From Octopus vulgaris (taxonomy: Eukaryota), in assembly GCA_951406725.2 (NCBI GenBank), contig OX597824.1:32302001-32366000 (forward strand): a stretch of DNA of 64,000 nucleotides, given 5' to 3'. The notes under the pieces were generated by a model, which was not told the origin of the DNA, searched no databases, and saw only the letters and a program-made list of their open reading frames with translations. Positions within the stretch are counted from its first letter, which is position 1, and the number at the start of each line of letters is the position of its first letter. Shown one piece after another: positions 51,769 to 61,061 of the stretch. The position numbers were made by a program, and so were the translations under genes.

Positions 51769-54700
51769 CCTTTCTACTATAGTCACAAAGCATGGAATTT
51801 GAGAAGAGGAGTATAGTTGATCATTTTGACCCCAATGCTTGACTGATACTTAATTTATCAACCCCAAAAGGATAAAAGGCAAAATTAGCCTCGGCGGAAT
51901 TTGAACCCAGAACATAAAGGTGGACGAAATGCAACTAAACATTTTGTCTGGTGAGCTAATGATTCTGCCCACACACTGCCTTGATAATGATAATAATAAT
52001 GACATCACAATACTACAAGTAATAATGGTGTTAGAAATGAAAGAAGTGAATGAGCTTTAACTTACTCTTTCAGACCATTTTCCTTCTTAGCAGGGAACGT
52101 TTTAACAGGTCCTCCATTTTCTTGTGTAACTTTTGGTCCTGCCGGTGCCGCTCCACTAGGCGTTTCTGGGGCTCCTAATGCCAATGGAGCAGGCATTATA
52201 GCAGGGGGGTGTTTGGTAGCAGCAGCCTTTACAGCATCTGAAGTCACCTCCATACCTCGATCACCCATCATCATATTTATCAAGAATTTGGCTAAAGTCC
52301 TTTTAGTAATAAATATTGACAAATATAAGAAATTAAGACATTTATCAACAACTGTATTTTAAGAAATAGGAATTATTTTAATATTATAAAATTACAGACT
52401 TAATTACAAATCAAAATTTGTGTTGTGACCCCCTTCAGTCATGAATGGCCATGGGATTGCACCTAGAAAGTTAACCCTCCGAGGCACAAGTCTGGGCAAG
52501 GCTGTTTATGGAAGACCAGTAGTTACCCATGCATACCAGCCTCCCCTCTCCATGCCACCAATGTTATCCAAGGGAAAGGCAAAGACGGATACAGATTGGC
52601 ACCAGTGATGTCACAGCTCATTTATTAATGTGCAAGTGGCTGAGCACTCCACAGACACGTGTACCCTTAACGTAGTTCTTGGGGAGAATCAGCGTGACAC
52701 AAAGGTACAACAGAAACAAGAAAAAAGAGCGAGAGAAAGTTGTAGTGAAAGAGTACAGCAGGGTTCACTCCTACCTCCTGCCGGAGCCTCATGGAACTTT
52801 AGGTCTTTTTGCTCAATAAACACTCAAAATGCCCGCTCTGGGAATCGAAAACCTGGTCCTACAACCGAGAGTCCACTGCCCTAACCACTGGGCCATTGCG
52901 CCTCCACATGAATCAAAATTGCAGATAAGTATATTATACATATATGTGTGCATATGAGTGTGTGTGCACACTCGTGCACTTGTGTGTCTTATCTTATCTT
53001 TATCTTTTATTTATTTCAGTCATTAACTGTGGCCATACTGGAGCACCACCTTGAATTTTTTAGTTGAATGAATTGACCTCAGAACTTACTTTTTAAGTCT
53101 GTTATTTATTCTATTTTTGCTGAATCACTAAGTTATCACTAGCTGTCAAGCAGTGGTGGAGGAAAAAACACAGACACAAAGACACACACACTGACATACA
53201 TACATACATACATACATACATACATACATACATACATACATACATACATTCATACATATACATATATATATGTCTGTGTGTGTGTCTTCTAGGATCTCGG
53301 GCATCCTGCATCCGATTGCACTCAAATTTGATATGTATCAGGGCGTGTATAAGGCTTGAAAAAATTGCAAAAATCGATTCCAGGTGAGAATGCGATCGAT
53401 AAAGCCGTGGGAACGTACATTTGTATGTGCAAGTACTTCAGCTGCTACAATCGTACATGAGAAAAATGCACATGCAGCTTGCACAAAAAAAGCCTGCTGG
53501 CTTGAAATAATGCCACAAAATGGGACGGTTGTACAAGTTGTTTTGAGAAAATTTGGTTTCAGTATTTGACAACTCAGCACCGTCCATTTGACAGGGGGCA
53601 TTTTGCTCGTATATATATATATATATATATTTCCTTTCATTCTTCTCATTTCCATCTTTTTAAAAATAACTCCTTACATTGATCTCTACTATTTCCCTCT
53701 ATTTAACCATCTCACATCGTCTCTGATGAAGGGATATCCCTAATATCCCAGAAACAGCTGTAAGGCTAGCTTTCTCTTTATAAATGTCCTGAAAATTCCA
53801 CACAGCCTTAGCTCTGTGGTCTCATTTTATTTAACACACACACACACACACATATATATACATATATGATGAGCTTCTTTCAGTTTCTGTCTATCAAATT
53901 CACTCACAAAGCTTTGACTGGCCTGATTATATAGAAGATACTTGCCCAAGGTGCCACACAGTGGGACTGAACTTAGAACCATGTGATTGGGAACCAAACT
54001 TCTTACCACACAGCCACACCTACATATTATATATATATACATACATATCATACATATATATAATATTTTTCTCATTGATTTACTGGCTACAGTTGCATAT
54101 ATATGTGTGTGTGTGTGTGTGCATGTGTGTGTTTGTATCTTATCTTTATCTTTTACTTATTTCAGTCATTAACTACTGCCATGCTGGGGCACCACCTTGA
54201 ATTTTTAATTGAATGAATTGACCTCAGAACTTACTTTTTAAGTCTGTTATTTATTCTATTTTTCTCTTTTTGCTGTATTAAGCTTTAAGACTTATTTAAT
54301 ACAAATTACAAACTTATGGATTTTTGAAATTAAACATTCATTATTTTCCTATGTTCACATACACCCCATTTGTTTGTTAAGAACATGAAATTTGCTTCTG
54401 GCATTATCAAATTTGCCCATCCCTGTTCTAGAGAATGACTTTCATATCTGTAACAATTTACTTACCAGAATATATGGAATATCAGTGTTAATATTGATAG
54501 TCCAAATTGGAAATTTCCTTTTAGGATCATCATAAACAGTTGTCCGTAGGTCATACTGCGGAATGTATGATATGTATTCTTGATATTGGACCATGTGAAC
54601 AATGATAATAAGGATCCGATGAAATCTCGAATGGTACGATATGTTGCCTTCACGGGCTCTAAAATGCTGTCAAAAGAAAAATAGATATACATGTCAAAAT

Positions 54701-55109
54701 TAAAGAATTATATATATACATTTTTTTATTTGTGGGTTAACAAGGCAACCAGTGGTTTCATGTAAAGTGATCTTCACAATTATTCATGCATGCCGCATTG
54801 AAATGTTATTTATTTATATCAAAACAAAAGACCAGAAAAAATTTGGTATATTTTTAATTCTATGTTACAGGTGTTTCATTACAGGATAAATGTTGCAAAG
54901 GTATACATATAGAAAAACATGTATAGAATCTCCTATCCTTAATCCTTCAGACAAAATTTAAAAAATAATACAAAATTATGTTGTATGACAAAACAAAATT
55001 ACACTCACCTTCCTGCTCCTACACCACCTATCACAGATGACAACTTCAACTCCTCCCCGGTGATACTCGTTGCATGTTGCATCTGACGATAAATAATAAT
55101 AATGATAAC

Positions 55110-55155
<46 letters not shown>

Positions 55156-58100
55156 GAGGGTGAAGTGAAGATAATAGATGTTGCAATACCAGGTGATTCG
55201 AGGGTGAAATGTAAGGGAACAGAAAAGATTGAGAAATACCAGCCACTGCAGGATGAGATGGGAAAGTTATGGGACATCTGTAAAGTAATGGTGATACTAG
55301 TGGCAATTGGAGCATTAGGAACACTCTCCAAAGGTTTTGAAAACCATATTAAGAATATTGGAGCTGCTGTCAGGCTCAAGATGATTCAGAAGACAACATA
55401 GTTGGGTACAGCTCGCATTCTAAGTCACAGGAGAAGGCACTATTTGAAACCTTTAATGATTTGTTATTGCTTGCTTTCAAGTAAAGAATAACCGGTAATT
55501 AAGAACTATGTGAGTCTTTCAGAATAATAATAACAACAATAATAATAATAATAAATGTGGCATCTCAAGGTCATTACGATACCAGTGATTGTAGGAGCAT
55601 TAGGAATGATCAGAAAAGGAACTGAAAATTATTTGAGAATGATTCCTGGCCTCTGCAAGAAATGCAGAAGATTGTTTTAACTGGTACTTCACAGGTGCTG
55701 AGAAAATCATTGCTGCCATAAGAACAATAACTTTCCATATAATAAATATTTTTCTACATAACTTTATTTGATTTTGTAAATGAGCACTCTGGTGCATTTA
55801 TCTTAACGGCCTATGAATGTATACAGTGAGTTTCTGTGCCTTAGGTGTTGGGAAGACACTCAGCAAGAAATGGAAACAAAATTGAAGAAGAAAATCTCTC
55901 TAACAGGCTTATGGTGAAGCCTGTGGTAGTGGGGACCTCTGGCGTTCTTGGCCTCTGGACCATATTCTTGTTCACTGCTATAGAGGCAGAGATGTCTGTC
56001 TACAAGTGCAAGCCTCATGAGTTCCACAGCACTTCCTTCACCATCCTCCGGGACAACACCTTTTCCATTTTGTCTGGTGGGGCCATGAAGCAGTCTGACT
56101 TACAGGAAAATCTATGCTCCACTCCTTAAATACTTAGATCTAGGGTATCAATACTTAGAATATGAACTCCTATATTTTAATCTTTAAATAGATATAATTT
56201 GAAGTCTAAAACAATATTATGACTTAATGTTTTTATTCCATATGTCATAATATTAATAATAAGAACAATATATACATCAGTCTAAAATTTCATATAGAAT
56301 TTAAATCATTTTATCTTTCACCAGGAATTGATATGAAGTATATGGTTTATAATGATGATAATAAGTGTATTCTCTCTAAAATTTCATATAGATATTTTAA
56401 ATCAAATATTTTTATCTTTCACTACGAATTGATATTATGTGTATCGTTTATAACGATAATAATAAGTGTGTTCTCTCTTGAGTTCTATGATTCATCAGGC
56501 AGTTTTTTTTATTTTCATGGCACATAAGTGACTTAGTTCATGCCACTGACCATCAAAAGGGTGTCGGTTCATTGCAGGGTTTACTCATTTAGAGCTGAGT
56601 TAGCAAGAGCAACCTGAAATGAAGTACTTTGCTTAAGAACACAATGCACTGCTGGGTCTGAGAATTAAAACTACGATCTTACTATCATGAATACAACACC
56701 CTAATCACTAGGCCATGTGCTTTCATAATGATTATAATGAGAATGACAATAATGATAGCATTGTTAATGATAGTGATATAAAGAAGGATTGGAACAAATG
56801 TAACGATGATGATGATAGTGAAGGTAAAAATGATATTGATAACAAAAAACATTACTACAATGGCAAGTCCTTACCTCAAAGATTGTGTCTTCACAAAAGT
56901 TGACAAAACTTTCCAGTTTTTCTTTATCTCCTCCCTCATTGATCACGCTGTGCAAAAATGATCGTTTAGATTCCTAGGATAATAAAGAAGAAAAAAACAT
57001 TTAAGATAAATGTGAAGAAAATAAAGCATATCAACTCTTACAAGCAATGACAGCATGGCTGTTTATCATTTTACTGTCCTTTTTACATAATTTCTCTAAT
57101 TTTTTAACTGTGAAATTAAATTTTATGCTTATTCCAGTAACGATGTTAAACGTCTACCAAAGAAGAAAAAAAAATAGAATCGGTATTTTATGCGAGTCTC
57201 ATGCCAATATGGAACATGGACATTGAATGATGACCATCTCTCTCTCTGTCTCTGACACACACATGATATATTATATTATGTATATATAACGTACATATGT
57301 ATATATATATATACAAGTGTATGTATATATATATATCATCATCATCATCATCATCATCGTTTAACGTCCGTTTTCCACGCTAGCACGGGTTGGACAGTTC
57401 GACCGGGGTCTGGGAAGCCAGGGGCTGCACCAGGCTCCAGTCTGATCTGGCAGTGTTTCTACAGCTGGATGCCCTTCCTAATGCCAACCACTCTGCGAGT
57501 GTAGTGGGTGCTTTTTACGTGCCACCTGCACAGGTGCCAGGGGGGGGGGTCTGGCATCGGCCATGATCGGTTGGTTCTTTTAACGTGCCACCGGCACGGG
57601 AGCCAACCAAGGTGGCGCTGGCATCGGCCACATTTGGATGGTGCTTTTTATGTGCCACCGGCACAGAAGCCAGTCGAGGCTTATATATATACGGGATATA
57701 TTATTCACCATTACATGTTTCATTTGCTAATAGGACTTGCAAAGTTGTATATGTTGAATAAACATGTAAGAAATTTCCTTTTAGAAATTCTTCAGACTGA
57801 AAATCAAATTATCATTATCATCATCACTGTTTAACGTCTACTTTCCATGCTGACATGGGTTGGACATAATACATTATATTCTCCTTTTTATTATTTGATT
57901 CTCTGTTTGAAGAATTCCTAATAGGAAAGAAGTCTTATATATAGAAGAATGTTGTGGTGAGGATGTATAAATCCGAAGAAAAATATTTTATAAAGGAAAG
58001 TTAGTTGAACGGAAAAAGCTTAACAAAATCAAAAGAAGTAATCTTTATTTACCTTGATTTGAGGTTTTTCCCATTGGTCAATCTGTGACTGTTTGATCTC

Positions 58101-58492
58101 AAAATAAATACGTTCAATTCTGTTGGCACTACCCATGATCTCTATTCTGCCCAAGTAAGGTTTAAAGTAATCAAGGACACTTCGAGCCTTCTCAAGGAAG
58201 CGCTCAAGCCTAAGGAAAGAATATAATAAAATATAGTCCTTGTACAACAAGCCAAAAAAGTAAGATTTTAAGTGACAACAAATAAATAATATTCACACAC
58301 ACCACATACATACATACATACATACATATATAGTGGCACTACTATATATGAATATATGCAATTCTGAAGCCCTGTTCATTAACCAAATTATTCGTTGCAT
58401 GATTAATTGAAATACATATAAATATAAGTCATATCCAAACTCCATATAAAAACATGAAATGTTGTTTTATTTGTCCATCCATCAACAGTAAA

Positions 58493-58550
<58 letters not shown>

Positions 58551-59617
58551 TATATGCTTAACCACTAAATCTACAAGTTTTTTTCATTCTTCCTCTGTTT
58601 ATTTTCTCTTATTCCTTTCTGTTGAAGAGTGTTGGCTTGAAACATAAAAGACTTTTTCATTTTCCTGAGCATCAAACTAATACACTTGTTCGTTGTTCCT
58701 ACACCTGTCTTCATCTTTTGTTTTTCTATAAATTTTCTATATAATTTCTATATATATGTATGTTTGTGGTTTTCCCTTTGTCTTACTCCTCTCATCCAAG
58801 GTTATGTTTTTAGCAAAAAATATGAGAAACATTATCATTTTCTGTATAAAACCCGAAAACTTGAAAGCCACATAAAATGCATATATAGACATTAACGAAC
58901 TGTTTGTACACATTTCCCAGCCACTTATATTCATGCATAGTCTGCTTGTGCTCTGTTGTTCAAATTTTACCTTTTTGGGTGAATATAATTTTCTTCAGAA
59001 AAAATTTTTTATTCAATTTGTAAATTTAGAACAATGGTTCTCAACAATTTTTTGCTTACAGACACCATTGATTTCTATTTTACTCAGAAGAGACACCCTC
59101 ATAGCTGTTTGATGTCTAAAATCTCCTATTATATTTTTATGATTAAATATTAAGATTTATATTACAAAATTTTTAAACATTTTGTGTAATTGTAGAAATA
59201 TAACAATTTTATTGTACATAAATTTGAACAACCAAATTTCATATGGACCTTGAAGGGCCATATAAACCCAAATTGAGAACCACTGATTTAGAGAGCAGCT
59301 TATATACAGGATACTCCACTGTATTTAATGATTAAAATCCATTTTTGTGAGCTGCATTAAAAATAGGTACAAAACTAGACATATAATACAAGAATGTTTT
59401 AGATTGTAGGGGACACAAAATAAAATCAAAATTGAATATTAATTTATTTCATTACCGTGGATCATTGGGTGAGTGTTCAGAAAGATTAGTCAATAAGACT
59501 GCCATGGTGAAACCAATATCCTTTGCTGGATTATGGAAACGCTCAGTAAATTCATCATAATCAACTTTTCCATCCTGGTCCACATCGACACACATCATGA
59601 TGTAATCAATCTCCTCG
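25263..59617 (-). CDS. RyR: Ryanodine receptor, 3' portion (21 coding exons, about 879 aa; 5' part outside the window)
   Basis: Hand-spliced exons, all GT-AG and phase-compatible, give hallmark RyR motifs: EF-hand [33 protein letters not shown] (S1), [69 protein letters not shown]...[24 protein letters not shown]. Confidence 0.97.
26705..27130 (-). mobile_element. SINE family B
   Basis: Near full-length match to 8002-8480 in reverse. Confidence 0.85.
29288..29339 (-). CDS. RyR: RyR exon ([18 protein letters not shown])
   Basis: cag/gtaag, 52 nt, phase 2-0. Confidence 0.95.
30905..31005 (-). CDS. RyR: RyR exon, CTD zinc finger ([33 protein letters not shown])
   Basis: cag/gtaagt, 101 nt, phase 0-2. 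Confidence 0.96.
32048..32112 (-). CDS. RyR: RyR exon, S6 gate ([22 protein letters not shown])
   Basis: cag/gtaaat, 65 nt, phase 1-0. Confidence 0.96.
33629..33736 (-). CDS. RyR: RyR exon, end of filter and S6 ([36 protein letters not shown])
   Basis: cag/gtatg, 108 nt, phase 1-1. Confidence 0.96.
33988..34170. repeat. Degenerate 11-bp minisatellite (AGATGTAAATT)n
   Basis: About 15 degenerate units by eye. Confidence 0.8.
34288..34336 (-). CDS. RyR: RyR exon, pore helix and start of filter ([16 protein letters not shown])
   Basis: cag/gtaagt, 49 nt, phase 0-1. Confidence 0.95.
34588..34985 (-). mobile_element. RTE-related 3' repeat with (GAT)n tail (copies near 45887, 48960, 57336, 32820)
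   Basis: Shared ...agcatggaaagcggacgttaaacgatgatgat terminus. Confidence 0.65.
35264..35395 (-). CDS. RyR: RyR exon, S5 ([44 protein letters not shown])
   Basis: cag/gtatgt, 132 nt, phase 0-0. Confidence 0.96.
35619..36183 (+). mobile_element. Internally deleted mariner element (565 bp), same family
   Basis: TA TSDs, same TIRs and same deletion junction as 20178-20742. Confidence 0.9.
36713..37118 (-). mobile_element. SINE family B
   Basis: Match to 8002-8480 in reverse. Confidence 0.85.
38251..38397 (-). CDS. RyR: RyR exon, S3-S4 and S4-S5 linker ([49 protein letters not shown])
   Basis: tag/gtaaat, 147 nt, phase 0-0. Confidence 0.96.
39563..39950 (-). mobile_element. SINE family D (tRNA-like head TGGCCCAGTGG / GTTTCGATTC); second copy near 52625-52907
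   Basis: Two dispersed copies with pol III boxes. Confidence 0.75.
40542..40602 (-). CDS. RyR: RyR exon ([21 protein letters not shown])
   Basis: cag/gtaagt, 61 nt, phase 2-0; conserved YQxWKxGVxFTDN. Confidence 0.94.
41015..41266 (-). mobile_element. SINE family C
   Basis: Near-identical to 2855-3104. Confidence 0.8.
41417..41538 (-). CDS. RyR: RyR exon ([25 protein letters not shown]...GMLPA)
   Basis: tag/gtaagt, 122 nt, phase 0-2. Confidence 0.92.
41725..42110 (+). mobile_element. Helitron-like 5' fragment (related copy near 53275-53610)
   Basis: A|TCTATTATATAAAA start followed by (TG)n; sequence repeated at 53275-53610; no 3' CTAG seen. Confidence 0.45.
42880..43251 (-). CDS. RyR: RyR exon, S1-S2 loop, S2 and S2S3 domain
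   Basis: cag/gtaagt, 372 nt; [28 protein letters not shown]...[14 protein letters not shown]. Confidence 0.96.
43334..43727 (+). mobile_element. Non-autonomous Helitron, same family as 6717-7112
   Basis: Highly similar copy in opposite orientation; TC start, hairpin plus CTAG|T end; inside a RyR intron. Confidence 0.85.
44000..44086 (-). CDS. RyR: RyR exon, S1 helix ([29 protein letters not shown])
   Basis: cag/gtatg, 87 nt, phase 0-0; canonical RyR S1. Confidence 0.95.
45712..45874 (+). repeat. (GAA)n microsatellite
   Basis: About 160-bp purine triplet tract. Confidence 0.98.
46205..46331 (-). CDS. RyR: RyR exon ([18 protein letters not shown]...AFDYGKYIL)
   Basis: cag/gtaat, 127 nt, phase 2-0. 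Confidence 0.85.
46392..46720. repeat. Loop-less palindrome with an internal 63-bp tandem duplication
   Basis: Centre TATTTG|CAAATA at 46591/46592; direct repeat 46458-46520 = 46529-46591. Confidence 0.95.
47114..47184 (-). CDS. RyR: RyR exon, divergent linker ([23 protein letters not shown])
   Basis: tag/gtacgt, 71 nt, phase 0-2; needed to restore frame between the flanking exons; absent from the ORF track. Confidence 0.8.
47789..48473. mobile_element. piggyBac-type MITE interrupted by a SINE (other copies near 21150-21343, 21370-21575, 30243-30467, 48480-48635)
   Basis: (T)CAA|CCCTTTAGCATT ... AATGCTGAAGGG|TTAA ends; shared core ctacaatgtcattctaaaaa. Confidence 0.55.
47946..48422 (-). mobile_element. 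SINE family B nested in a piggyBac-type MITE
   Basis: Full copy; MITE sequence resumes on both sides. Confidence 0.85.
48729..48955 (+). repeat. 42-bp minisatellite (about 5.5 copies) at the head of an RTE-related repeat
   Basis: Unit tgggcctcatggaggcgaggtggctgagttccttttgagtat. Confidence 0.9.
50044..50164 (-). CDS. RyR: RyR exon, divergent linker ([14 protein letters not shown]...PNEMLL)
   Basis: cag/gtaagt, 121 nt, phase 2-0. Confidence 0.8.
51255..51718 (+). mobile_element. Probable 3' UTR fragment of the same R4/Dong-type family
   Basis: Similar to 11400-11655; ends at a long (AAT)n tract. Confidence 0.5.
52066..52299 (-). CDS. RyR: RyR exon, Pro/Ala-rich divergent linker ([16 protein letters not shown]...KENGLK)
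   Basis: aag acceptor (weak), gtaagt donor, 234 nt, phase 2-2, open and in frame with both neighbours. Confidence 0.8.
53719..53766 (+). ncRNA. Minimal type I hammerhead ribozyme motif (Penelope-like element associated)
   Basis: GTCT-CTGATGA-a-GGGATA(tccctaa)TATCCC-a-GAAA-CAGCTG-TA-AGGC: core boxes, 6-bp stem II, palindromic stem III, GUA site, 4-bp stem I. Confidence 0.65.
54466..54666 (-). CDS. RyR: RyR exon ([21 protein letters not shown]...ILTLIFHIF)
   Basis: cag/gtaagt, 201 nt, phase 2-2; hydrophobic segment of the divergent pre-S1 region. Confidence 0.87.
55009..55082 (-). CDS. RyR: RyR exon ([24 protein letters not shown])
   Basis: cag acceptor, gtgagt donor, 74 nt, phase 0-2; continues FE-MQHAxSI. 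Confidence 0.88.
55155..55522 (+). mobile_element. R4/Dong-type endonuclease 3' fragment
   Basis: [12 protein letters not shown]...EKIEKYQPL...VAIGALG...IQKTT*LGTARIL between (AAT)n tracts. Confidence 0.8.
55553..55890 (+). mobile_element. Second R4/Dong-type 3' fragment
   Basis: [22 protein letters not shown]...[15 protein letters not shown] directly after (AAT)n. Confidence 0.7.
56875..56973 (-). CDS. RyR: RyR exon ([33 protein letters not shown])
   Basis: AG/GT ends, 99 nt, phase 0-0; conserved [11 protein letters not shown]. Confidence 0.94.
58053..58209 (-). CDS. RyR: RyR exon ([53 protein letters not shown])
   Basis: AG/GT ends, 157 nt, phase 2-0; conserved LGRIEI...IERxYF motif. Confidence 0.94.
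59032..59285. mobile_element. hAT-type MITE
   Basis: TIRs CAATGGTTCTCAA / TTGAGAACCACTG; near-perfect 8-bp TSD ATTTAGAA/ATTTAGAG. Confidence 0.7.
59456..59617 (-). CDS. RyR: RyR exon (EF-hand 2: [53 protein letters not shown])
   Basis: tag acceptor, gtaat donor, 162 nt, phase 2-2. Confidence 0.93.
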
Positions 59618-60340
59618 CTACAAAAACAGCCACAATGAAATATTTTATCATAATAAAACCATATTGCAAAATGGCGGAAAAGTATATCATCGCAAAAATA
59701 CAAAAATATAATTGGAAATATTTGAAGAATATTTTCATTGAGAAATACTTTAAAATATCAATAAAATTCTATTGAATTTTATACAGATATTTTCTATTTA
59801 TCCAATATGAAATTAACAACAACAATAGTAGAAACTTTTAAATATTTATACATATTTTCAAGAAAATAAACGCTGAAATGTTAATTTTCTTTGTTATAAG
59901 TTTATGTTAACATTGGGCAGGAATATTTTTTTCCTATCTTTTCACTGATACAAAATGATCTTAATCATTGTTCAGATTGCAAATTAATGATTATGGAAAC
60001 TTGGCATCACAAAATAACCAAACTAATCTTAATTAATTAGTAAGATCTAACAAAGCTTTAAGTTCAATAATCAATTATTGATATTATTACATACAAATAT
60101 GGTTTAATAGCATTATATAACATTTATTCATTATTGTCCATAATGAATAATGAGAAAGCAAGTTATTCAGAAATATATATGATAGATACATAAATGTGTA
60201 TGGATATTCACACTTTTCTCTTAAACATAAATACATAAATATAAACATATACTTAAGACTTTGCAATCAGAAATTTTTGGTGGTTTAGTTAATATTAACA
60301 ATAAAAAATTAAAGTAAATTCTTATCAAGAAAAGATAAAA

Positions 60341-60341
<1 letters not shown>

Positions 60342-60416
<75 letters not shown>

Positions 60417-60506
60417 ATATGTATGTATGTGTATGTATATATATATACATGCATACACATGTCATATATATATACATATATATACACATACGTATATAGA
60501 TACATG

Positions 60507-60547
<41 letters not shown>

Positions 60548-60735
60548 ATATATATATATACATACATACATACACATATCATATATACATACATATATAG
60601 ATACATGTATGTATTTATATATATATATATACATACATATAAATACATATATATACAAACATATATGCATATATATATATATATATATATACATACATGC
60701 ATATATATATATATATACACATAAATATACATGCA

Positions 60736-60777
<42 letters not shown>

Positions 60778-61026
60778 CACACACATACATACATATATAT
60801 GCATACATACATATACATATATATATATATATATATACACACACATACATACATATATATGCATACATACATAAATATATTTATTTATATACATAATACA
60901 TACATACATACATAAATATATTTATTTATATACATAATACATACATACATACATATATATATATATATACATAATACATAAATACATACATATATATATA
61001 TATATACATAATACATAAATACATAC

Positions 61027-61060
<34 letters not shown>
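60342..61060. repeat. Compound (TA)/(TACA)/(TG) microsatellite field
   Basis: About 700 bp of simple repeats; accounts for the YI/HT-rich ORFs in the track. Confidence 0.98.

Positions 61061-61061
<1 letters not shown>

Noticed and set aside
60221-60915. Long YI/HT/CV-rich ORFs (also near 3008-3780, 7980-8417, 26883-27210, 37405-37785, 45067-45631)
   Set aside because: Translations of dinucleotide microsatellites and SINE bodies.
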